This document shows, piece by piece, positions 39,201-50,700 of a DNA stretch of 64,000 nucleotides. The stretch spans positions 18,168,001 to 18,232,000 of the forward strand of contig CM052817.1 in assembly GCA_028534125.1 (NCBI GenBank), in the 5' to 3' direction. Made by a program: the position numbers and the translations under genes. How positions within the stretch are numbered: the first letter of the stretch is position 1; each line of letters opens with the position of its first letter. The notes beneath the pieces are model-generated. The model was given only the letters and a program-made list of their open reading frames with translations, was not told the DNA's origin and ran no database searches. The DNA comes from Lama glama (Eukaryota).

Positions 39201-40324
39201 GAGGTAGCCCACAGATTGTTGGGTACCTTGATTAAATTAGGGATCTTTTGCTGGAATTCTTACTCTTCTGTATCAAGGACAAATTGTAAAGAACATAAAA
39301 AATCAGGTTCAGATTGGGCAGGAAATTCTAAGGTGAGGTCTCCATTGGAGGCAAAACGTATTAGCCCTTTTAATTTAGAAAGCGGATTTTTTTACTGAAA
39401 GATTAACTGGAGCTGTATCACATAGCAAAAAGGGAAGTTTTTCAGGGGAAGGTCTCAGAGTCATTTGTACTGGTGATGCAGGAGAACAGATATGGGACAT
39501 GCGTAGGGCCGAGTCCCAGGTCTCGGTTGAGCCCCTGGGATGTGCCCTGCCAAGTGTGGGTCCTTGGCTTCCGCAGGAAAGAATTCAAGAGCAAGCCGCA
39601 GTTGAGTGAAGGTAGATTTATTCAGACAGATACAGTGAAAGGCAAGAGAAAGGCCACGAGGTATGGGGTTTGGGTGCTCAGATTAAAAGTAGATACACAC
39701 TTCCTAGACAGAATGTGGGCTGTCTCTGAAGACGGATAGGGGCAGCCTTGAGGCACCGTGTTGCTGGTTTTTATGGAATTGGTGGCTTCATATGCTAATA
39801 AGTGGAAGGACCAGTCTAAGTAGCCTGGGAAAGGGGCTGGGATTCCTAGGAATTTGGCCATTTTCCACTCTTCGACCTTTTGTGGCTAGCATTGGGACTA
39901 CCATGGTGACTGTGGGCGTGTTGTTTACCATGTTAATATATTACAATGGGTGTATAATGAAGCTCAAGATCTACTAGAAGTTAAATCTCTCATCATCCTG
40001 AGCCTCAAGGCCTACTGGGGGTTGAATCTTTCACCATTTTGATGTTAATTGCTGTAGCATTTCTTGAATGGCTGTGCCCTGCCCCCTTCCGTCCTGTCTC
40101 ACTGGTTGAGATAGAAACACTGTTCATTACATACCCGGACTACAGAAATTTTTTTTACTCTGAGTGATTTGTTCTTCTCTGGGAGTGGGATTTAAAGTAG
40201 AGAGTGTAGCTCCAGGATCTACCAGAATTTAGAAAGGTTTTCCATCAATTTGAATTTTAGTTTTCCTGTGGCTGTCTATGGGAATTAATGGTAGCAGTTT
40301 ACTGGAGAGTTCCTTGGAGTCTCG
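36228..40324 (-). pseudogene. pol: ERV pro-pol remnant (protease, RT, RNase H, integrase), interrupted by a solo LTR
   Basis: Protease LVDPGATLS (~40201-40225). RT WRFVHSLRAIN...WFTAMDLCSAFFSIPVD and LLQYVDN (38652-38663). RNase H LFVDGSY (~37765-37785) and DLGMLWKQRGFLTS. Integrase ISSDAGTHFTGQ and the GPY/F module LEPHWEGPYQVLLTT...WVHISQLKK. Confidence 0.92.
39474..40101 (-). mobile_element. MER41-like solo LTR nested in the ERV protease
   Basis: TG...CA termini and TSD CTGG (39470-39473 and 40102-40105). The minus strand carries AATAAA and the GAATTCTTTCCTGCGGAAGCCAAGGACCC motif that I recall from MER41-family U5 regions. Removing it restores protease SQPVQMTL...FLLCDTAPVNL. Confidence 0.85.
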
Positions 40325-41696
40325 TCAGTCCTAGGAGGGGTCCATATGGGGGCCCTCCTGCAGGGATATATATGGGGGCATTGAAGTCGATGTTGAAGGA
40401 TTTGCATAAGATCTTTGAGGACAGTCTTTTTTCCAGTGTCCCAGTTGGTTGCAAATGAGGCACTGATTACTGGGCCTGCATTTTGATGATGAACCCCCTA
40501 GGAGTGTACAACGGGGGAGGCTCAGATGTTATTTTGGGTTCTGGCTTTGGAGCTATTGTAGCTGTAAGGCTAATAGCTTGGTGGACTTGTGTTTCAAAGT
40601 TTTTTTTTAAGTGTCCAGCTATGGTTTTGAGTTCAGTCAGACTGGTGGCTTCCCATCCTATTTTCTGCCTTTTTATTAACCCACTAATCTCAGGGAATAC
40701 TCCATTTACAAATAGGGCAGCTCGAGCAGGTTAGGTGACATCGTTTACTGTATGAAACCCAGAATGCTGTAGGAAGAGAGCTTTCAGATGGGCTTTCAGG
40801 TCTGCCGCAGATTCATCTTTCTTCTGTTTGCATGTGAGAATAATAGACCGATCAGTGCAGGCAGGGAAGAGTAGGAATAGCTTTTAAAGGATCAATCGCT
40901 ATTTTGTGAGCTTTTTCTGTTCTACAGAGGAGAGGACCAAGTTGAAGATTGAGGATCTTGGAAATCATCCTCGGGGTTATGCCATTCTCCTTCCTGCATG
41001 CATTTTTGGATTTTACCAGGTCCTACCAGCATGTGCACAAGCCGATAAAGACCTGGCAGTACTGGGGTCATAGAATTCTAAATTCTTCAGAAAACTTTCA
41101 GAGATGCCCCCTTGAGTTTAGTAAATTCTTTAACTATGGCCCTTAGTTTGGTCTTTGACCAAGGAGTGAAAGTTTCTTGAAGAGGATTGCCTCCAAGCCT
41201 CGGGTGGCCTTATTTTAAAGGGTAACTGTTTAATAGTCTTTTCAGAGTGGAAAGGCAATTCGGATAGAGGATAAGAATGTGAGTACTCAGGAAAAGGAGA
41301 ATAAAAGGGAGCGATAAGACTCATGTCAGTCTTACTGTCTGTTTTAGGTACCACTTGTGTATATAATTTTTCATAGATTTTTTGCAACAGATCTTTCAGT
41401 GAAGCTATTTTGGAATCTTTAAACCTTTCGGAGGCTTTTGCATATGAATTAAAATAGATATCCTATCCTGTTTGTTTGATTTGGGCATCCTTGCTTTCAC
41501 TTGTAGTTCTTAAATGAGTGATCTTACCTGATTGGAGTGTTCCCCATAATAGCCATTGTAATTCTAGGTTGTCTTTAGTAAAATTTTGCCATTTTTGTTC
41601 ATACTTACAGCTTCTGAGACCACAGTTCTTAGGCATAAAATGAGCAGGTATACCAGAAAGTGGCATGCTCAACTCTGTGGAACTTAAGGATCCCAT
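40325..41696 (-). pseudogene. gag: ERV gag remnant (disrupted)
   Basis: Starts MGSLSS (MGxxxS myristoylation-type motif), followed by an MA-like ...KWQNFTKDNLELQWLLWGT. A single CCHC knuckle CLICNQLGHWKKDC lies at 40421-40462. Ends at GAC TGA in frame with pro. Multiple stops and frameshifts. Confidence 0.88.
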
Positions 41697-42311
41697 TTCT
41701 TTAGCTAAGCATTGGATCATTGCCTCATGGAATCAAATTCAAACTTAAGGGGGATATGCTGTTGGGTTGGGGCTCATGTGGTGTTTTATGGTGTACCTCA
41801 CTGCATGGAAATTTTCTTGAGGTTGGCAAGTGACCCAGTCAAACCAGTTCTGTGATGAACTTAAAAATTTAACACAAGAGTCTAGAGTTAGGTGTGATTG
41901 CTCTAACAGTCTTTAAGTACTTAACTCATGACCACCAATTTCGTGGCTTTGGCTTTTGAGATTACCATTAGCATCAGCTTCATGTTCACATTAATAAGAG
42001 ACCAGTAGTAACCTGGCGAAGATAAGGCCTTGTAGGCGCCACTGGCAGTTCCCAGTGTGTAATCTGGGGACTGAACCAAGGGCCTGGAGTTTGAGTTCCA
42101 GGTGGAACCAACCATCTACTAGCTCAAATTGACCTTCTCTAAACTGGAATGCCTATCAGATTGGTAGCTCAGTGCAAAGAGAGCAGATAGAGAACTGAGA
42201 GGAGCTCACCCACAGCTCTTGGAAATAGTGAGAAAGAGAACTCAAAAGGGTTTGCAGGTACCAGTGCCTGTGTTTCTTGTTGTACCTGAAGCCATCAGAA
42301 ATTTCCTTTGA

Positions 42312-42329
42312 ATCCCACTGCTGCCACCA
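42312..42329 (-). promoter_or_regulatory. Primer-binding site complementary to tRNA-Leu
   Basis: The minus strand reads TGGTGGCAGCAGTGGGAT, 4 nt from the 5' LTR. The + strand gaatcccactgctgccacca matches the mammalian tRNA-Leu(AAG/TAG) 3' end GAATCCCACCGCTGCCA-CCA, with a CpG-type mismatch. Confidence 0.85.
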
Positions 42330-42333
42330 ATAC

Positions 42334-42729
42334 TATTAGAAAACAAAATTCAGATGAGTAAATCTAGAAGATCTTATTGGCTTTATGCAGTGATTCGTGA
42401 ATCAGGCAGCATCCCGTCTAGCAGACAGAAAGGAGCTCTGAGGAACCGTACCAAGTGAGAGACTTTCATGGGCAGAAGGGAGCAGACAGAGAAGTTACAC
42501 CAGCAACAAACAGGTGGGTTGTGTTGTGGCAAGGTCGCCTTCCTTTAGGGGATGACTGGGGTCTGTCAGGCAGATTATCTCACTAGTGCTGATCAGGTGA
42601 TTCCTGATTTATTGGTTTAGGATTCTGTTCTTGGGAGAGACCATAACTGTAATTAAGTAAGTCTTGGTTTGGTGCTGTGGGGCTTAGCATAAGTGACTTC
42701 ATTTTGGCCCTGTTGTCTTGTTTTTATCA
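42334..42729 (-). repeat. 5' LTR of the provirus
   Basis: Direct repeat of 34309-34687: tattagaaaacaaaattcagatgagta...tttttatca versus tgttaaaaaccaaaattcaactgagta...tttttaaca. Adjacent to the PBS. Confidence 0.93.
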
Positions 42730-42733
42730 CAGT

Positions 42734-42981
42734 TCAGGTTTTCCTATCTCTGCACTGGTTCCCGCAGCAGCTCCTGCTCCTAAGCCTCTCTTTTAGTAAA
42801 CTGAGGCTCTCTGTAGTTGCTTGTCAACTCTCCAGGCTTAGGGGCCTGGGTTTGTTGTGTCTTCCCCTCTTTTATGGATCTAAGAGATGTTTATTTTTCA
42901 GTCTGTTCAGCTTTTTACTTGTTGTTCGAATGGAGTGGTGACTCCCAAGACCCTTGCATATAGAACCGGGAACCGGAAGTC
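42734..42981 (-). mobile_element. Old L1M 5' end remnant flanking the provirus
   Basis: The minus strand begins GACTTCCGGTT, which I recall as the L1M 5' terminus. Contains tttttcagtctgttcagctttttacttgttgtt. Confidence 0.65.
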
Positions 42982-43514
42982 TCTTACTTAAGATTTTTGT
43001 CGTTCGGATTCTTCTTTCCTTTCTTTCACTTTCTAGGAGGCTTTATTCAGGTACATAGCTTTGATTATCTGTGTATATTCAGTTCTGACTTTTGTCCTGA
43101 ATACCAGTTTCACATTTGGTCTGCTAGGATCTCCAACTTGGTGTCCTAAATTCTGAAAAAAAATTTATAACCATCTCTCTTGTTTTCCTGTTTAGGAAAT
43201 CTCATTCTGAGCCAATTACTGCCTTCCTTACAAAACTATTTCCCCTGAAGTTTGTTATTTTTATTGGTGATATCACTCTTTTACCTACAACTCAGGCTTA
43301 ATGCTCCATACTCATCTTTCTCTGCCTTCTTGTCTCCTCTGAATTGTTGTTTTTTTATTATTATTATTATTTGGTTTTCCAACTTGTCTTGCCATTGCTC
43401 ATCTTTTTCTCCTTTAAAATAAATTCTGACCATTTGTACTTGATTAACATATTTTAGAGTATGGTATTTTGCTATTCCCTGCTTCCTCTCAGCTTGGACT
43501 GGGTCTTCATAGGC

Positions 43515-43700
43515 CAGAAGTCTCAAACTTAAATGTGCATCAGAATCACCTGGAAGACTTGTTAAAACACAAATGGCCAAGCCTATCTTCAGAGTTTCTG
43601 ATTCAGTAGGTCTGGGATGAGACCCAAGAATTTGCCTTTTTAAATATTCCCAAGGGATGCAGACTTTGCCTGTCTAGTGACCATGCTTTGAGAATCACTG
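43515..43700. mobile_element. MER5A-like hAT MITE
   Basis: ctcaaacttaaatgtgcatcagaatcacctgga...gtttctgattcagtaggtctggg...ctttgagaatcactg, with partial terminal inverted repeats. Confidence 0.8.
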
Positions 43701-44488
43701 CTGAAGTCCACCAAGTATAGTCTAGATTTCATAATTTGGCATTCACGATCTCCTGTAGTTAGTTCCTAATCTACTCTTTAAGCCATTGCTATTTACTGCA
43801 CAGCTTCTTTACGCACTCTTTACACTAGCCAAAGTGAACTACTGACAGGCAGCTCTTTGTACACATCCTGTGTTCTCATGAGACATTTCACTCATAATTT
43901 CTCAGTCTCTTCCTGTTCCATTTTGCATGTCAAATGATACCCATTTTTAAGATTAATTTTTAGATTTTGCTGAAATAGAACTTCATCTATATAAAGTCTT
44001 CCTTGTTTATTTAAAATTTTTTCTATTGTTCCTCTAAGCCAGAGTAACGTTGTACCATGTTTTTCCCTTATGGCATTTGTTGTTTTATAGTTTAGCCTGA
44101 CCCTTATTTTCATTTTATTTTTTTCTTTCAGTCAACTTTTTGTATTTTATTTGTTTCACATTAGTTATCTGGCATATGTGTGGTAATTGAGAGAAGTTAA
44201 ACTCTTTCTGTAGGCTATAACTAGGAGCCCTAACAAGCCGCCATTCCCTGACTACCAATATAGGATTGTCTTATTCAAAGAAATGGATTGCCATTGCTAC
44301 CCTGAGTCTCAGTGATGGAAGTATTTTAAACTCCTTTTCTCTTTTCTACCCTTAAAAAAATCAATGAATGATAGAAGAAGACATTTAAAAACTACAGTAT
44401 ATGGCAGGTTAATGGGATCTCAGAGGTTGGCTTTCTTAATGATCCTGAGGGATGAGCAGTACATTTCAAGTAAATATGTTTTTTTGTG

Positions 44489-44523
<35 letters not shown>

Positions 44524-44524
44524 C
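44489..44524. repeat. (CA)n microsatellite
   Basis: AC run with one GC interruption. Confidence 0.95.
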
Positions 44525-44930
44525 AATGGAGTACTACTCAGTCATAAAAAAGAACGAAATTTTGCCATTTGCAACAACATGGATGGATTGGGAACATTAT
44601 GTTAAGTGAAGTAAGTCAGACAGAGAAGGATAAATACTATATGATATCACTTATGTGTGAAATCTAAAAAATATAACAAACTAGTGAATATAAGAAAAAA
44701 GAAGCAGACTCACAGAGAACAAACTAGTGGTTTCCAGCGGAGAGAGGGAAGGGGGAAGGGGCAGTCCAGGGGTAGGGGATTAAGAGGTACAAACTATTAT
44801 GTATAAAATAAGCTACAGGGATATATTGTACAACCCAGGGAATATAGTCAATATTTTATAATAACTGTAAATGAAGTTAAACCTTTAAAAATTGTGAATC
44901 ACTGTATTGTACCCCTATAACTTATATAAT
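44525..44930 (+). mobile_element. L1 3' end (same subfamily as 21630-22213), preceded by (CA)n
   Basis: aatggagtactactcagtcataaaaaagaacgaaattttgccatttgc...gattaagaggtacaaactatta, collinear with the 21630-22213 copy. Confidence 0.88.
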
Positions 44931-45589
44931 AGAAATAGAACTATGTATATAATTAGGTTGAAACAAATTTTGGATGGCTTCATACCCCTTAGTCTCTGTT
45001 AAAAGGATATATAGACATAATAATATGCAGTTGGACAATTGACTTATAAAGTCAGTTTACCAGTATGATTTTGTGATTCCTTATATTTTTACAATAACTT
45101 CTATAGCTTGCTGGTCCCCATCAATTAGATCTGTTATCTAGATGTTATTCTCCTTTTATCTCTGTCTCTCTTTCTCTGTTTTATCAGAGAGACCAACATA
45201 TACTACCAGATGTAAGTTAAATATATAATAGATATTTTATAAAATAAATATAGTTAATAAACTTGTATGAGAATTTTAATCTCAGTAAGACTGAGAATCC
45301 CTGACTTAATTCTGTGTTGTTCTTGGGAATTATCAAACAGTGGTTTGGTGAATCTAGGTAACACTTTCCTTAGGATAAAATTTAAGAGAGAATATGAAAA
45401 TGTATGTCAGAAGCTCTGATTAATTTGTAATTTTGTTTTTTAATATATTGGCCATATAAGGGAGCTAATCGGTATGAAAAATATGTGAGTTAATCATACT
45501 CAATGGAATAATTTTATTAAATGTCAGGTAAAATGTGCTTTTTTATTAAAGATAAAAAAGATAAAGAAAAATTATTTTTAATTTTGCTA

Positions 45590-47790
45590 TATAGTGTCAT
45601 AATTTGTCTAACAATTATCCTGTTGGCAGTTTGAGTAGTTTTAAATTTTTATTATTGGTACCAATATTGTAACGAAAGTTCTTGACCTTTTTATATAGTT
45701 CTGGGAGTGTTGCTGTATGATAAATTCTGAAAAGTGGAAATTCTGGGATAAAGACAACAAGCATTTAACATTTTAATTGACTTGCCAAAATTGCCCTCCA
45801 AAAAGGTTGTACTAATTTGTACTCTCACAGATGTATGAATGTGCCATTTCCCACACCTCCTGTACAGGCTGTTTTTTCCCCCCCAACAACTTTATTGGAG
45901 TATAACTGACCTACAATAAATTGCATATACTTTTCCATGTAGTTACATTTCCAGCAATCTTTATTCCTTTATGAAGATTCAGATTTCCGTCTGATACTGA
46001 TTCCTTCTGTTTATAGGACTTTAAAAACATTTCTAATAGTATGGGACTTCTTGTGACAAACTCTTTTAATGTTTGTATATGTGAAAAAGGTTTTATTTTG
46101 CCTTCATATTTGGAAGATACTTTTGCTAGGTAAGAATTGTAAGTTAACAGTTATTTCTTCTATACTTTGTGCTGTTGAAGTGTTCCCTGGGTTGTATGGT
46201 GTCTGATGAAAAGTGTTGTCCTCCTTGTCTTTGTTCCCCTTACTTAACATGCCTTTTCCCCTTCCTCAAAGTTGCTTTTAAGATACTCTATGTCTCTCAT
46301 TTTAAGCTATTTGACTATGACTTAGATTGTTATAGTTTCCTTTGTGTCTCTCGTCTTGAGGTTTATTGATCTTGTGGAATCTGTGGGTTATAGTTTTAAT
46401 AAAATCTGGACAAATTTTGACCATCATTTCTTCAAATACATCTTTTGTCATTCCTTGGCTTCTCAGGGACTCCAGTTACACCTATGTTAGGCTGTCTAAA
46501 GTTTTCCCACAGCTCATTATCTAATTTCGATACTTTCTGATGCTTATTGTATTTAAGTTTGCTGATGTTTTAGTTTGCTGTATTTAGTCAGTCAGTAATC
46601 TCATTTGATATTTTTTCATATATTTCATTGGAATTTTCATGTTTAGAATTTTGATTTGGGTCTTGCAAATTTTTTTTTAATCTTACATGTCTCCATTAAC
46701 ATGCTTCATATTTACCCTAACTTCTTTTTTCCCCATCTTACTATTTATCCTAACTTCCTCCTTTTCCCTGCCTTAGTATTTACCCTAACTTCCTTTTTCC
46801 CCCATCACTATATTGCCTCTCCCCTCTTCCCTCTCCCCACTGGGAACCACTAGTTCATTCTCTGTATCTGTGGTCTGTTTCTTAAATACCTAGAATATAG
46901 CTGCAATAACTGTTTTACTATCTTTGTTCACTAATTCTCTCACATGTGCCATTTCTGGGTTTTGATTGATTTTTACTCTCATTTGGGGTTTTATTTTTCT
47001 GTATTTTAGCATGTTTGATAGTTTTCACTGGATGCCAGACATTGTTGATTTTACCTTGTTAGATCCTGAATATTTTGCATTCCTATAAATGTTCTTAAGC
47101 TTTGTGGACAGGGTTAAGTTACTTGGAAACAGTTTAATACCTTTGGCTGGTACTTACAAGCTTTTATAGGTAGGGCCAATGTAAGTTTAGTCTAGGGTTA
47201 ATATCCCCAGGGCTGAGGCAAAATCCTTTTTGGTATTCTACCTGGTGACCCACAAATTATGAGGTTTTCCACTTTGTCTTGGAACAAGCACCATTCCCTG
47301 CCCTGTGTAATTTTTAGGGATTTTCTTCAGTTCTTTTGCATGTCCTTTTTCCTTGGCTTGCTGTAGCTTCCTTGCATGCATGAGCTAATCAGTAGTCAGC
47401 TAAAACCCAAGGCACCCCTCCTAGATGTCCAGGCTTCTCTCTCTGTGCAGCTCACGCTTCTCTGGTACTTAGTACCGGACTCTCTAGCCTCCCTTGGTCT
47501 CCCCAGCCTTCCAGTTTCATCTCTTCAGCTTCAGAGAACTGCCAGTCTCTGCCTGGATTCTCTCTTCCTGCACCTTATTCTGGAAGTTCTCTCCAGGAAC
47601 AAATTTAGGTCAGTCATAGGGCATGCTTTGTTTCTTGTCTCCCAGGGATCACTGTAGTTTGTTGCCTGATGTTCAGTGTCTTGAAAATTGTCGTTCTGCA
47701 TTATTTTCTCTGTTTTTTTTTGGTTGTTTTGAAGAAAGATGGTAAATCTGGTCTCTGTAATTTAATTTTGACGGAAAGTTTAAGTTCTGA
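45590..47790 (-). mobile_element. Cluster of ancient L1M/HAL1-like fragments
   Basis: ttgccaaaattgccctccaaaaaggttgtactaattt (L1 3' part), plus tattttgccttcatatttggaagatactttt and tggatgccagacattgttgattttaccttgtt (5'/ORF1-like parts). Boundaries are approximate. Confidence 0.55.
46709..46806. repeat. Imperfect 3-copy minisatellite (33-35-bp period)
   Basis: tattta(c/t)cctaacttc at 46709, 46742 and 46777, each followed by a pyrimidine tract. Confidence 0.8.
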
Positions 47791-50700
47791 CTTACTAAAT
47801 TTTAGCAAATAAAAAACAGGAGATTTTTTTGGTTACATCTTGAATGCTTATCTTTACTTAAAGTGAATTTCACATATTGTTAAATCTGAATGACTCACCT
47901 TATATATTATTGATGTTATGCTGATTGGATATAAGTTTATGTCATAAGCTTATGAGTATTGATCACACAATTCATGTGCAAGAAAGACATTTAAGTAAGT
48001 ATTTGGGTATTTAAAGCTCTGGTATTTGAGACCAGATTCTAATGGTAGATTTTGGCCAGAGACTAAGGTCGAAACTTGACTTTGGTATATCTTTAGTTGC
48101 CATGGTACCTACCTGTTTTAACCCCAATAAAAGCAACAAATTTTTACCATATATTTGTAAAGCTATGCTCCCTTCTTCATCTTCATAGCTTTATGAGGTA
48201 GTTTTTACCTCACAAATGAGAACACAGGAGGTAAGTCATTTGACTCTTATTTGGTGTTCTTTGTAATAACAGTACAGTACTTTTTTTTTTTAATTAGTGG
48301 ACAGACTGATGTTGAATCATGGGTAATTTTGTTAGAGATTTTTGGATTATAGTCAATAATAATCTTTAAGAGTAATCATGATATAGGTCATGCATTGGTT
48401 TCTGTGAAACAAATGGCAGGCAAACTTCATTTCATAAAAACACTGTGTTTTACAAGTTTCTTTGTAAATTAGTTGTTTGACTCTGTCGTTTGTCATCTCT
48501 ATCAACTGATCAGTCAATGCACTAGTGTCATAAATAATGGCTAAATTCTATAGCTGGTTTATAAAAGGCCATGGTCTGTCTTAAATGGTGTTGACAGTAA
48601 TTGTGAAGCCAGTTGACTCTTGAGCTGTTTTGAGAACAGAATTGAAAGGAGGTCATCGGTGGATTTATTGTAGGTAAACTGGGGATTGACTGATGGGTTT
48701 TGATGTTGGAAGCTCAGGGAATGGGATTAAGGGCTGAAATGGTACTATAGCAACACTGCAGGGAGTTACAGTGCTCACTGCGGAGTGCTGCAGTGCTCAC
48801 AGGAGGTGAGCAGAAGTGTAAAGTTATGCTTGTGTTAAAGTGTAGAAACTAAACAGATCAGCTTGAAATTTTCATTAGTGTAGAATTTACATGTTTGAAT
48901 TTAGGATCAGAGGAAATTTTTTTAAGGTAAAGGTAAAAATAATTTACCTTTTTCTCCCATTCTTTCATGAAAACACATTCCAGTTTGCCTGTGTTTTTGT
49001 GTCAGTGTCATCACCACCTTAGATGAAAAGATCAAAGTTACTAAAGCAAGGAATGTCTTAGTACCAGCCCCTAACTAACACTGGTTACGGCGTCTCGTGT
49101 GCTGGGTTCCAGTCAAATTTGACAATTGCTGCTCTCTGTAGATTTGATTCTTAGATCAGTGATTATCAGCTGATGTTTTGTAGTATCTCAGACTGTGTTC
49201 AGTTACTTTAAGAAATGGTATACAGTGTGCAAATCAAGGCAAAAATCAAAAAAATAAATGATTTACATGGAATAGCTGACATTGAGTGTTTACTGTATAC
49301 CCAAGCACCATTCTTTACACTTCATTTGAAATAAATTAATTTTTGCAACCCTTTGACATATGACTTTTATTACCATTTTGCTCATGAGAAAACAGAAGCA
49401 TAGAGCATAAAGTAACTTAAGATCATACAACAAATAATAGATTTGGGATATCTGTATGGTCTGTGAGTCTTTGCTTACAACCATTGTGCTGTTTACTTTA
49501 ACAATTTTGGGATGAAGAGAGAAACATGGGCAGCTCATGCTTAATTAACATGTTATCACTTCTGAGAGTTTGGGAATCAATGCATTTTTATAGAACATCT
49601 AGGTTAGGATGGTGGTAAAGAACATAAACTTTGGAATTCTTCAAAATTTACTTCCAGTATTAGGTCTCCTGAATAGCTGTACAAAGTAGAATAAATTGCT
49701 AACCCTCTCCTGGCCTTAGCTTTTTCATCTTTAAAAGTGAGAATAATGGTAGTTACCTTTCTTGTTATGCATTATTTCCCCTGAGACATTATACTAACCT
49801 ATTTTAGTAGTATTTTCAAGACAGGAAGACCCTGCAGGTTTTTTCAAGGAGCTCATCTGCTTTAACCAGCTCACATGTCAGACCTTGGACACTGTTGTTT
49901 TGATGACAGGTGTCCTTTGGGAAAGTTTCTGCTTACGTTGTCAGTGAAAAGGCTGTGGTTTTCCTCTCCATCTCTGTTGTGTATTTTGTTTCAGAATATG
50001 TGAAATGGTACTTTAAGAGTATTGGTCAATCTTATCTTTATAAATGTCTGATATTCCCCAAAATGTGTATTAAACCAATCAAAATAGTCAGGGTGAAACT
50101 CACTTGGTTAGGCTTTACACTTTAACAGAAATCACATTGATATATAAAAATCACTCAGAATACTCTTATTGTCTCATAGTTCTATGCACTATGAATGCAT
50201 TTTAATTTAATCTTCATAACCATGTGTAATAGACAATTTTATTTTCCTCACTGTACAGAGGAGAAAATATGAGGCAAAAGAGAACATAAGTAATGGAGTC
50301 AGATTTTGAATATAGTCTGTCAGATTCCAGAGTCCGAGTGCTTAACTATGATGATAAATCACCTCTCCTGGGTTTTGAAGTCTTAAAATTATGTATTTAA
50401 ACATAAAAAGGGAAACACGGGTTTATCATTGTTATATCATGGAAATCAGGGCAAGATTTGTGTAGCCCAGGCCTTCTGAGGAACTGGAACTGGGAAGTTG
50501 TGAAGAACCAAGGCTGTTCTGTGCTGTTTCTTTCTATCTCTGTGCTCACGTCTGTCTCTTTCATATTTCCTCTCTCTGCTTACTGGCTTCCTCCCTTCCC
50601 CTCGCCACCTGGCCCATCTTGACCGCTCTAAAATGGTACCTTCAACGGAGTGTCATTATCACTCAAAAAATCCAGAACCTTGGCCAAGTGACCTAATGTT

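Larger units (their letters stand above)
34309..42729 (-). mobile_element. Full-structure defective class I (gamma-like, ERV1/MER4-group-like) endogenous provirus, antisense to STIM2
   Basis: Paired LTRs (34309-34687, 42334-42729), 4-bp TSD CAGT (34305-34308 and 42730-42733), PBS, PPT, and gag/pro/RT/RNaseH/IN/env motifs in the correct order on the minus strand. Confidence 0.95.

Noticed and set aside
42307..42329. tRNA-Leu gene fragment
   Set aside because: Only the 3' end with encoded CCA is present, next to an LTR. It is a PBS.
46709..46806. CRISPR-like repeat-spacer pattern
   Set aside because: This is a mammalian intron with only three units, mutually similar pyrimidine-rich spacers and no cas genes.
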